64,000 nucleotides of DNA. It comes from Scenedesmus sp. PABB004. Taxonomy: Eukaryota. Below the pieces are notes generated by a model. The model searched no databases. It saw nothing but the letters and a program-made list of their open reading frames with translations, and was not told the DNA's origin. Shown here in pieces: positions 34,158-45,700 of the stretch. Position 1 is the first letter of the stretch, and each line of letters starts with the position of its first letter. Both the position numbers and the translations under genes were made by a program. Where the stretch lies: contig JABVCE010000038.1 of NCBI GenBank assembly GCA_014905635.1, positions 62,001-126,000 of the forward strand. Direction: 5' to 3'.

Positions 34158-37100
34158 ATGAGCCCCCTAGGCTCCTGGGGCCGGGCGGCGCCCGGCTGCG
34201 CCGCGCCGCACCACCACGCCGGCGCGGGCGGCGGGAGCTACAGCATCCGCCGCGCGTTTGATGGCGCGACCGTGTTCATCACCGGCGCGTCCGGCTACAT
34301 CGGCAGCGTCGTGCTGGAGCAGCTGCTGCGCACCACGGGCGTCGCGACGGTGTACCTGCTGCTGCGGCCGCGCCGCGGCGAGGCCATCCAGGCGCGCGCC
34401 GACAAGCTGCTGCAGGGCGCGCTCTTCCACAAGGTACCACCGGCGCCGCGCTGCCGCTTGCATCGCACGCGCCGAGGCCGCCGCGCCGCACCTGCCGCCG
34501 GCCGCTGCGCGCCGCTCACGCGGCCCCGCGGCGCGCGCGCCGCGCAGGTGCGCGACTCGCCCAAGCTGCTGTCCAAGGTGCGCGTCATGGGCGGTGACAT
34601 CTCGGCGCCCGGGCTCGGCCTGAGCGCGGCCGACCGGTCCACGCTGCTGGGGTGCGTGGACTTCATCATCCACTGCGCCGCCGACATACGGCTCGAGGCG
34701 GACATCCAGGTGCGTTACGTTGCGCCCCAGGGGCCTGGGCTTGACGGCCCTAAACCCTGAGCCTCAGGGTTCAGGGCTGAGACCGCCTGCCCGGCGGGCC
34801 GGTGCTGCTCCCCCGTGCTGCTGGTCCCGCGGCGGCTGAGCTTACGCTTACGAAATCCACCGGCGGCGGCGCCCCCTCAGGAGACGCTGACCGCCAACTT
34901 TGAGGGCACGCGCACCGTGCTCGAGCTCGCCGCGGCGGCGGGGCACCTCAAGGCGCTCGTCCACGTCAGCAGCGCGTTTGTCAACATGAACCAGCCCCGC
35001 AGCAGCATCATCGACGAGCAGGCGCGGCGCGCAGCGCGCGCAGCGCGGCCGCCCAGCGTGATGTGCGGCGCAACGTTTGGCGCGCGGGGCTCACGCGGCG
35101 CGCCGCGCCCCCCCCCCCCTTCCCGCTGTCGCCGCCCGCAGGTCTACCCGCTGCGCTATGGCAACCAGGTGGCGGACGTGGAGGAGCTCGCGCGGGTGCG
35201 CGCACCGCCGGCTGTGCTCTGCCTGCGCGGGCTGCAAGCGCGCGCGCGCGCGCGCGGGGTTCCCACCAGCCGTCACGCGCCGCCGCCGCCGCCGCCGGCG
35301 GCCGGCCGCGCGCAGGAGCTGCTGTCGATGCCGAGCCGCGACGCCAACCGGCGCGCGGCCGCGCTGCTCGAGCGCTGGGCGTTCCCCAACACCTACACCA
35401 TGGGCAAGCACATGTCGGAGCAGCTCGTCACGCGCTACCAGGCGCGCCTGCAGCTGCCCGTCGCGATCGTGCGCCCGAGCCTCGTCTGCGCGCTCGCGGG
35501 CGAGCCCTACCCCGGCTACGTGGGCAACTGGGCGGGTGCGGCGCGCGCGCGCGCGCGCGCGCGCGCTCGCGGGGACCGCGCGGCGCCGGGCGGGCGGCGC
35601 CGCCGCGCCGCGTCGCGGCCGGCCGGCGGCGCTCACGCCCGCGCCCACGCGCCCGCGGCCGCGGCGCAGGCCCGATCGGCGCGGGCGCGGCGATGGCGAT
35701 CGGGCTGTTTGACTGCCTGCAGAGCGTGGCGAGCCAGCCGATGGGCGTGTGGGACGTCGTGCCGGCCGATCTGGTCGCGAGCTCGATCATTGCCTCTGCC
35801 GCGGCCGTCGCGGCGGGCGTCGGCGCGGCGATCAGCCGCGTGACGCGGTCCGGCGGCATCGTCGGCTCGGCGTCCGACGCGGCGGTCGTGCTCGGCACGC
35901 CGCACCAGTTCAGCCCCGCCGCGGCCGCGGCGCGGCTCGCGCAGGGCGAGGCCGCCGCGGCCGCGGCGCGCGCCGGCGGCCGGGCGTTTGCGGGGCACGA
36001 CGTCGCGGCGACGATCAAGGTGGCGGACGAGCTCGCCGGCGGCGCCGGCGGCGACGCGGCCGGCGCCAAGCCCGGGCCGGGCAAGCCGCCCGCCGCGGGG
36101 CGCGCGCGCTCGGACGACACCGCGATGCCGCCCGGCGGCCGGCACGGCAGCCTCGCCGACCTCGCGGGCATGGCCCCGGCCAGCGACGGCGCGAGCGACG
36201 CGTGCAGCACGCCGAGCGCGGGCGGCAGCCCGCAGCTGCGCGCCGGCCGCGGCGGCGGCGGGCGGGGCGTCGCGCTGACCGCGTCGCTGCTCGAGCGCGT
36301 GGGCCGGGGCGGCGGCGGCAGCGAGGAGTGCATGCACTCCATCGACGAGCTCGCGCTGTCCGAGGCCACGGCCGGCGAGGAGACGGGGGGCCTGCCGCTG
36401 CTCATCGTGCACGCCGCGACGAGCAGCACCTACCCGCTCACGTGCGCAGCGGGGCTTGGGCGGGCGCGCGGGGCCTGGGTTCAGGGTTCAGGGGCGTGGG
36501 CCCTCTTGCGGCACACGCGCGCCGGCCGCCGCCGACCCGGTGCGTCGCCGCCGCCGCCCCGTCGCCGCCCCTCCCAGGCTGATGGAGGGCTGGAACTACA
36601 ACTTGGACTTCTTTGACGCCCACCCCCAGCCCTTCAGGTGCGATAAGGGCGACGGCGGCCTCCGCGCGCGCGCGCGCGCGTGCCTGAAATGCGAGCGCAG
36701 CGCGCGCGCCGCGCGGCGCAGCCGGCTGAGCCGCGCGCGCGCGTGCGCGCGCCGCAGGATCACGCTGGGCGCGCTGCCGCCGATGCCGCCGAGCTTTGTG
36801 CCGAGCGAGGCCGCCGTGCTCGCGTGCCGGCGGCGGATCTGGTGGAAGGTCTGGGCGATCGCGGGCCTGCTGCGCCTCGCGGGGCGCGAGCGCGAGGCCA
36901 AGAAGCTGGTCGTCGGCTACGAGGCCTTCTGCGTGCACAACAACTCCAAGACCGACCGCGACCTCGTGTTCTCAACGCACGCGCTCGTCGCGCTCGAGGC
37001 CGCGCTCGCCCCCGACGAGTCCCCCGCCTACCTGCTCGTCTGGCGGCCCATGCAGCGCCCCGGCGCCAGCGCCGGCGCCGGCGCGGGCGCGGGCGCCGCC

Positions 37101-37579
37101 AAGGCGGGCGGCGCCGCCGCCAAGCCCGGCGGCGGGCGGAAGGCGGGCAAGGGCGGCGCGGCCAAGGCCGCGGGCGCGGGCGCGGGCGCGCCGCTGGCGG
37201 GGCGCGCCGAGGCGGCGCTCGCGCCCGTCGGCGGCGACGTGACGTGGCGGCGCTACGTGCACACCCAGGTGCGCCGCGCGCCCCCCCCCCCCCCCCCCCC
37301 CCCGCCGCCGCCCCGCGCGCCGCCCCGTGCGCCGCCCGCTGACACACACCCCGCCGCCCGCCAATCCAACCACCTGTCGCGTTTCAATACAACGTCCTTG
37401 TCTCACTGTAATTCAACTCACCTCAACTCAAACAGATGGCCGGCATCTACCGCCTGCTCTACGGCGTCGCGGTCGACCCCGCCAAGCCCATGGCGAGCGC
37501 GCTCGCGGCCGCGGCGGCCGGCGGCGGCGAGCTGCGGCCCGAGGCGTTCATCGAGCATGACTTTGTGCGCATCAAGTGA
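34158..37579 (+). CDS. Fatty acyl-CoA reductase (male-sterility/FAR family)
   Basis: VFITGASGYIGSVVLEQLLR, IIHCAA, HVSSAFVN, FPNTYTMGK, IVRPSLV, EPYPGY and DVVPADLV, followed by a C-terminal region ending WRRYVHTQMAGIYR..RIK*. Confidence 0.9.
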
Positions 37580-38368
37580 GGGCCTCACTTTGGGTGCAGG
37601 GTGCAGGGTGCGGCCCTCTGGGCAACGTGACTGCTTTGGCCTCAGCTCCTCGAGCAAACTGAGGCCAAGCGGTCGCTCGGCTCGACTCGACTTGTGGCCG
37701 CGACCCCATGAGCGGCGGCGGCCGCCGCCACGCGCGGCGGGGGCAGGCCAGCGGGGGCAGGGCCGCACCACTGCGGGCCCAGCCTCGAGGACCAGGGTTG
37801 ACCAGGGGCGGCTCCAGGCGGGGGCGCTCGAACGCTTGCGGGGGCGGCGTGGTGTGTGTGTATGCGCATGTGTGTGTGTGCGCGCAGCCAGGCCGGGGGC
37901 GTGCGCGGCAGCGCGCACAGGAGAGGCGGCGCGCGGGCGCCGCGACGCAGACCGGTCCCCGCAGCGATGCGGGCGGGGTGACGCCGCGCCGCGGCGGGGG
38001 CAGCAGCATGGCAGCAGGCGGGTGCGTTTGTTCAGGGGCGACGGTGTGCGCGCGCGGGCGAGGACGGCCGCCGCCCGTGGCGACGGCCGCCGCGCGCTCG
38101 CGTGCGTTGCAGCAACGCACGTGCTGCGTAGGTGCTAGGGCGTAGCAGTGGCTTTCGCGCCTGATTACTTCAAAAACTGCGGGCGCCTGGCCCGGCGGCG
38201 GTGGCGCGGCGCGCAGGGCCGGCGGCGCGTTGCCGGGCCCGTCCGCCGCCGCGCCGTCGTCGGGGCGCAGGCGGGGCAAAGAACCGCGGGGCCGCCCACC
38301 AACGCGAGAGCGGCGGTCGCCACAGTGCCCAGCTCCCGCCCAGCTCCGCAGTCAGCCAGCCGCACGCG

Positions 38369-39356
38369 ATGCTCCTGCGCACGCCGCCGCTGCCGCCGCG
38401 CGGCGCCGCCGCTGCCGCGCCCGCCCGGGCGCCAGCGGGGCTGCATGCACTCCGCGCGGTGGCGCGACCTGCGCCCAGACCCAGCGCGACGCGCGTGAGC
38501 TCGCGGGTACAGCGCTGCGTGGCGCGGCTGGGCGAGGAGCAGTCGGGCCGCGCTCTCGGGCATGCCCCCGGCCGCGTGGCGCGGAGGCGCGCCGGCGCGG
38601 CGCGCAGCACGCTGTTTCCGGACCCCATACCCTCTGGTGAGCCTCCAGTGGCGCGTCTGCGCCGTTCCCTGCCGCCGGCACCTTCCGGGGCGCGCCGCCG
38701 CCAGGTGCAGAGCGCCGAGCCCGCCGCCGGCCGCCGCCGCCCGCGCGCAGACGTGAAGCTGGAGGTCGACCAGGATCCGGGCGCCAAGGAGGTCACGTAT
38801 GACGAGGAGGCCAAGGCGGTGCGCATCCCGCTCGCCGCAGTGAACGACGGCTCGCGCCGCACCAAGCTGGTGATGTTCACATGCAACAAGTGCGGTGCGT
38901 GTGCCGGCGTGCACGCGGGCGGGCGGGCCGGCGCGCGGGCGGGGCGTCGCCCCGGTGCTGCAAGGGCAGCCGGCGGCGCCGGTGCGGGCGCGCGCGCGCC
39001 TCACGCTGCCCGCGCGCGCCGGCCGCGCAGGGGGGCGCACGGCGCGGCTCGTCAACCCCGTCGCGTGGGAGAAGGGCGCGGTGTTCTGCCAGTGCCAGCA
39101 CTGCGGCGTGTGGCACACGCTCGCGGCGCACCCGAGCATCATCGAGGAGGTTCGGTACAACGACCCAGGCTGGTCGCTCGAGCGGCAGGGCAAGGACGCG
39201 ACGGCAGCGGCTGCTGCCGCGGCGGCAGCGGCGTCGGCGGCGCCTGCGGCGGCGGCCGCCGACTCGGGCGCGTCGAGCGGCACGGCGCTGGGCGCCAGCA
39301 GCGGCAGCGACGACGGCGGGCAGGAGGCGAGCTCGGCGCCGCCGGCGGGCAGCTGA
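38369..39356 (+). CDS. zf-DNL (Zim17/HEP-like) zinc-ribbon protein, probably organelle-targeted
   Basis: MFTCNKCG.RT.RLVNPVAWEKGAVFCQCQHCGVWH, preceded by an Ala/Arg-rich transit-like N-terminus. Confidence 0.8.
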
Positions 39357-39747
39357 CGCGGGGCACGGTGCGGGCTCGTGAGCCCCCGGCGCGACGCGGC
39401 GCTGCGACACGCACCCCGCGCCGCGCGGCAGTGCGTGTGACTGGCCGGCCTCCTCCCTGGCCGGTCGCCGCGCGCTCATGAGCGCGCGGGCGTGATCACG
39501 CCCGCGAGCCGCTCGGTTACCCTGCAGGCGGGCAGCTGCCTGCCCGCCGCCGATCACGAGGGGGCGCCACCGCGCCGCCGAAAGTCTCGCCGGCGGGCTC
39601 GCTGGCCAGCAGGGCCGCCGTTCCGCTGAGCAGGCCCGCGGTGCGTCCCGGCGGCCGGGGCGCGTGTGTGCACGCGCCCGCCCGGGAAAAGAAAGCAGGC
39701 GATAAAAAGTCAAATGCGCCAGCCGGATCGCTCGCGCACCGCCACGC

Positions 39748-42700
39748 TCACCGTGGCGCCGCCGCCGCCGCGGCGCCGCGCTGCTTGTCGGCCTGCTCCT
39801 GCAGCGCGAGCACCGCGCCGGGGTCGTGCGCCTTGGCGTGGGCGATGAGGTACTCCAGGCTCTGCATCTCCGTCAGCCGGCTGATCGCGCGGTCCTTGGC
39901 AAAGCCGAGCTGGTCGTCCACGACCACCTCACCGCTGCTCGAGGCCCCAGACGCGCCAGGCAAGCGCGCGCCGGCGCGGCGCGCGGCGGCGGCGCCCGCC
40001 TGCGTCTCGATGCGCTCGAAGAGCTCAAACGGCGTGCCCTCGGCGGAGAGGAGCAGCCGCACGCTGGCGCGCGCGGGCGGGGGGGGGGGGAGGGGGCGGG
40101 CGGGCGGGCGCGCGCGCGGGGCGGCGTGGGCGAGCGCCGCGCCGCCGGCCGACCCTGCCGAGCGTGCGCCCGCCCGGCCCTGCCGCGCGCGCCCCGCGCA
40201 CCAGCGAGCCCCGCGCGCCCCTCCAGCCCCGCCCCGACAGCCCTGGTAGGTCCCGCCCGGACAGGGGCCCTGGCCCCGCAAGCCGGCGCGCTGCGGCTCA
40301 CCGGTGCTCGTACAGGACGTCGATGAGGGTGACAAAGCGGTACGCCGCGGCGCGGTTGGCCCCGACAAAGCGCGGCACGTCGGACAGCGCGAGCGTGCTG
40401 AACGCGCCCGCGAGCGCGATGTAGTCGGCCGCAGCGAGCGGGCGGTCGCAGAGCTCGGCAAAGTCAAACATCGCGGCCGGGCCTGCGGCGCAGCGCGCGG
40501 CGGTGCGTGCGCGCGCGCGAGCGGGCGCGGGCGGGTGTGGGCGCGGATGGGAGGAGGGCGCAACGCCGCGCTCCGGGCGGCACCACGGCGCGGCGCGGCA
40601 CCACGCGCCCGCAACGCTCGGCGCGGCGCGGCGCACCGAGCGCCTGCGGCACGTGCAGCGTGCGGCCCATCGCGACGTCGAGGTCGACCGGCCCGGGGTT
40701 GCCGAGCGCGGGAGGCGCCCCCGCGGCGGCGCCGCCGCGCCCGGCGCCGGCGCCGCCCTGCTCGCCGCACGCGAGGAATGCGGCGTGCAGGCGGGCGGTG
40801 CGGTCGGGGGTGAGGAAGTACATGCCAGCCGCGTGGTGCGCGAGGCGGCGGTAGTCGACGGGCGAGGCCATGTCGTGCACCACGCACGCCTCCTGCCGTG
40901 CGTGCGCGCGCGGCGGCGCGCGGGGGCGGGGCGGGCGCGTGAGGCCGGGCAGGAGGGGCTGCCCCCGCTGTCAAGACAGCCCCTGGGCTCGCCCTGAGCC
41001 CTGCGCCCCGCCGCCCCGCCGCCCAGTGCGCTGCCGCCCCGCCGCTCTGCGCCCCCTGAGCCCTAAACCCTGTGCCGCCGCGCCCGCCGAGCCCTAAACC
41101 CTGCGCCCCCTGAGCCCTAAACCCTGCGCCCCAACCCGCCGCGCCTTGAGCCGCGCGATGAAGGGCAGGAAGAGCGGGCGCTGCAGGCCGCCCTCGTAGA
41201 GCGAGTCGGGCGCGCGGTTGCTCGTCGCGACGAGCACGAGGCCGTCGTCCCAGAGGCGGCCAAAGAGGCGGTGCAGGATCGCCGCGTCGGCGACGTCCGT
41301 CACAAAGAGCTCGTCGAGCGCGAGGACCTGCGGGCGGTGAGCGGGCGGGGCGGGCGCGTGGCGTGGGCGGGCGGCGCGGGCGGCGTGGGCGGCCGGCGCG
41401 GGCGGCGCGGGCGGCAGGGGAGGGCGGGGCGGGCGGCCGCGGCGCGCGCGGCGCGCGGCGCGCCTTGACGCCGGCGGCGACGTCGTCGGCGACGCGGCGC
41501 AGCGGGTCGGCCTCGCCGCGCGTGCGCGCGAGCCTGGCGTGGATGTCGAGCATGAAGTCGTGGAAGTGCGTGCGCGTGACCTGGCAGGTGGTTTTTGAAT
41601 TTGAATTTGAAGTTTGGTTTGAACGGACGGGCGGCGGTTTGAACAGGGTTGGACAACGAGGCGCGGGCACGGTCGGCCCGCGCGCGGCGCACGGCGGCGA
41701 GCGCGCGCGGCGGCGGCGCGCCTGGAACTCCTTTGGCGCCGCCGCGACGAGGAGGTCCATGAGCATCGTCTTGCCGCACCCCACGCCGCCATACATGTAC
41801 AGCCCGCGCGCCGGCGCGCGCCGCACGCCGCCGCCGCCGGGGCCGGCCGCCGCGGCGGCGCCGTGCAGGCCCGCCTGGGCCTTGATGAGGCCGGAGATGC
41901 CATCAAACCTGGCGGGAGGGGGTGGGAGGGGAGAGCAGGGGCGGGCGGGCGGCGGCGCGGGAGGGGTTGATGGCAGGAGGCGTCGTCGCCAGGGGCGGTG
42001 ACGGCGGGGCCGAGAGACGGCGGCGCGGGGCGGCCAGGGAGCGCGACCGAGCGCGGCGGGGGAAAGCGCCGCGCGGCGGCGTCCTCGGGAGCCGCGGCCG
42101 CGAGTTACACGCGCCGCCTGGCCGCCCGCGTGTTGCAGCGGGGCGCGCCGGCGGCGCGGCAGCGGGTCGGGGCGCGCGAGGCGCGCGGCGCAGCGGGCGG
42201 CGCCTCGCAGTCGGCCGCGAAGCCACGCCCGGCTGGTGCGGGCGGCCCAGCCACCGCCCGGCCGCCTGCTGCAGGCCTTGATGCACCCGTGCTGCTGCCG
42301 TGCCGGCGGCTAGCGGCCCCCGCGGTGGATTTCGGTCAGCGGGCGGTCGGGGCCGGCGTCCTTGGAGCCAGAGTTGATGTACGCGCCCCGCATGCTCGTG
42401 TGCGCGGGAAGCGTTTTGTTGGCGTCCACCTGGCGCGCCGCGGGGGAAGCGTTCGGCCGGCGGCGGCGCGTGTGCGGCTGGCGGCGCGCGGCGCTGCTGC
42501 CGGGCGCGCGGCGGCGCGCTCGTGCGTGCCGGCGGGCTGCGACCGGGCGCGTGCGACGTAGAGCATGCTGGAGGCGCCCACGCACCCGCGAGGTGGGGGA
42601 GAGGAACATGTAGGCGACGGGGCCGAGGCCGATTGCGGCGATGCCGAACAGGAAGCACGCCGCCAGCGGCCCGTTGCGCACGTGCGTGCGCGGGCCCGGC

Positions 42701-45700
42701 GGCATGCTGCACAGGGCCTGCGACCGGCCGGCGCTGCTGCTTCGGGGAGCTGCAAGGCGAGGAGCGAGCGCTGCCGCCGCTGCTGCTGTCGCTGCTGCCG
42801 CCAGTCGCGGTGCCGGGTGCACCCACGCGCCAGGGACGGTCCAGAGAGGTTTGCTGCTTGACGCCGGCCAGCCAGGGCGTGCACCCGCTGCCGCATGACG
42901 CCCCGACCGCCCGCCCGGGCGCCGGGTGACGCGCAGGCCGCACGAGACGGGGCCGCACGCGCCCCAATTACCCGCCCGACTGCCGGCCCCCAGGCCCCAG
43001 CCCCCAACCCACAGCCCCCCAACCGTGTCGGCAGGCTGCCTCGCCTGGTGAGGCGGCGGACGTGCACGACCACGTCTGCCGCTTCCACCGGACAAGGGGG
43101 GCCTGCTGACACGGCCGCGGCCGCCGGCGCGCCTGCTCCTGCAGGCGCGCGGCGACCGCCGCTGCCGCTGCTGCTGCTGCTGGCGCCGCCGCCCGCGGCT
43201 GCGTCAGCTGACGAACAGCGCCTCGCCAAAGTTGCGCGCGATGATGATGCCGGCGGCAAAGACGGCAAACGCGCGCAGCACCTGCGGGCCGGGCCAGGAG
43301 CGCGATCAGGCGGCGGCCGCTGCTGCCGTTCGCCGCGCGGCGCGGCGGAGAGCTCGCTGCCGCTGACGGCCGCGCGCGTGCGGCCTCCCGGCGCCCGGGC
43401 GGCGGCGTGGGCACCTTGCAGTTGGCCTCAAACTTGGCGGGGTGCGAGTACTCGTCGAAGATGTCGTCCTTCAGCTTCTCCCACTGCCAGCTGCTGCGCG
43501 AGCCCGGGTTGGGCGCGGGCAGCGCCTTGGGAGCCATGACTCGCCTGCCGGCTGCACTGAGCGCGGGGCGGCAGCGGCTGTGTGCGCGCGGGCCGATGCG
43601 GGCGCCGGGGGGCCGCTGCGGGAGGTGACGAGCGGGTCCGGAGGAGCGGCGGCGGGGAGCGGTGGAGCCGGCCAGCGGCCGCAGGGGCAGGCACTCGAGC
43701 TGCCGAGCCGCGTCGCGACGACGCCGCGCTTCTGCTGCTGCCGCCGCCGCGCTTCTGCTGCTGCCGCCGCCAGACGCAAAGAGGACGAGCGCCCATGCCC
43801 GCCCGCCCACTCCCGGCCAAGACAGTCCCCGCTTCAACGCGATCGCAGCACTCACACGCAGAGCGCCCGCCGCGACCGCCGCTGCCCCCTGCCTCACTCT
43901 AGCGCACGCGCAGCGGCGCCGCGCCCGCCGCGCCCGCCGCCCGCTGGCAGGCATGGCGGCGCCGCCGCCGCCCGCCGGCGCGCCCGCCGGCGGCGGCCCG
44001 GCGGCGCGGAGCGAGAAGGAGAAGATGCTTGCGGGCGAGCTGTACTACGCGTTTGACGACACGCTGCTGTCCGAGCGCCAGGCGGCCAAGGCGCTGATCC
44101 ACACCTACAACACGACCCTCGCCACGCGCATCGAGGGCCGCACCGAGCTGCTGAAGCAGGCGCGCGCGCGCGCGGGCTGTCCGCGTGGCGGCCGGCGCCA
44201 AGCCCGCGCCGCCCGCGGTGGCGGCGGCGACCGGCGGCGAAACTGAAACCGCCCCGACCCCGCCGTCCGCGCAGCTGCTGGGCGGCCTGGACGAGGCCGA
44301 CCCGCCGTTCATTGAGCCGCCCTTCTATTGCGACTATGGCTACAACATACACATCGGTGCGGCGCCAGCGCCGGCGGCCTTTGGCCTCCCGCCCCGCGGC
44401 GGCGGCGGCCGCGCAGCCCCCGCGGCGGCGGCGGCGGCGCGTGTGCGGAGCGCGGCCGCGCCCAGGCCCCCGGCGCGCGCCGGCGCCGCCGGTGCCGCCG
44501 CAGGCGCGGGGAGCTACATGAACTTTGGGGCGACGATCCTCGACGGCTGCCGCGTGACGATCGGCGCGCGCGTGCTGTTTGGGCCCAACGTCCAGGTCTA
44601 CGCCGCGACGCACCCGATCGAGGGCCACGTGCGGCAGGGCATCCGCGGCCCCGAGTGCGCGCCGCGCCGCGGCCGGCGGCCGGCGCGCTGCGGGCGGCGC
44701 GCGCCCTGCCGCGCCGCGCCGCGCCGCACCGCGCCCGGCGCCGCGCCACGCCCTGCCGCTGACAAGGCCCGGCCACCCGCCCGCCCGCCACGCCCGCCCG
44801 CCCCCCGGCCGCGGCGCAGGTACTCCAAGCCCATCACGATCGGCGACGACGTGTGGGTCGGCGGCGCGGTCGTGATCTGCCCCGGCGTCACGATCGGCGC
44901 GCACGCCGTCGTCGGCGCGGGCTCGGTCGTGACGCGCGACGTGAAGCCGTGGACCGTCGTCGCCGGCAACCCGGCGCGCCTCATCCGGCGGATCGAGCGC
45001 CCGGACGGCAACGACGGCGACGCCGCCGCAGTGGTGCTGAACTGACGGCGCTTGCGGGACGGGCCACCACCATAAACCAAACAATAAGCGCAACGCAAAG
45101 CACGCACAACAACAACAATGTAACCCGAAGGGCCGGCGCGCCCGCCGCGCGCACCACGACTGCTTGCTCTGCTTCACGGCGCCCACGTTGTCCACCAGCG
45201 TCAGCCCGCTCGGCTTGCTCGGCGGCGGGTTGGCGCTGCGCAGGCTCGTGAAGAGCTCCTGCGGCGCGGCGCTCGGCGCGGCGGCGTGAGCTGCCGCCGG
45301 GGCAGCCGCGCACGCGCGCACGTCGCTGCCGAGCAGCGCGCGCCCCACCCGCCCCACCCGGCGCACCTGCAGCTTCTGCACGGTGACCTGCTGCAGCGGG
45401 TCGGGGCGGTAAGTGCCGGACGCGATGCCCGCGGCGTACAGCGCGGCGGGGCCCTCCGTCGCGGCCGCGAGCTCCGGCGGCAGCGCCGCCGCCGCCGCCG
45501 CGCCGCCCGCCGCCGGTGCGGCGCCGCCGGCGTGCAGGCGCCGCCGCGCCGCGGCGCCGCCTGCGGCCGCCGCGCGTGCGGGCGGGCGGTTGCGGCGTCA
45601 GCGCGCCGGCGGCGCGCGGCGCGCCCCGGCCGCTGCCGCGGGGCCCATCACGCCCCGGGCCCCCCGCTGGCCGCGCCCGGCGCGCGCCGCGGCCGCCGCG

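Larger units (their letters stand above)
41909..45154 (-). other. Giant phase-2 GT-AG intron of the AFG1 gene hosting three genes
   Basis: Donor TCG TG|GTGCGC at 45154 and pyrimidine-rich acceptor CCGCCAG|G TTT GAT at 41909 join as KQSKQSW-FDGISGL. There is no minus-strand ATG between 41904 and 42310 that could supply another start. Confidence 0.85.

Noticed and set aside
39748..41908. AFG1 as a 5'-truncated pseudogene or a non-ATG-initiated gene
   Set aside because: The missing exons were found at 45155-45890 with matching splice phase.
43044..43268. Alternative-frame ORF overlapping TOM5 (PVEAADVVVHVRRLTR) as the AFG1 first exon
   Set aside because: It has no ATG and an upstream in-frame stop, and a better AFG1 N-terminus exists.
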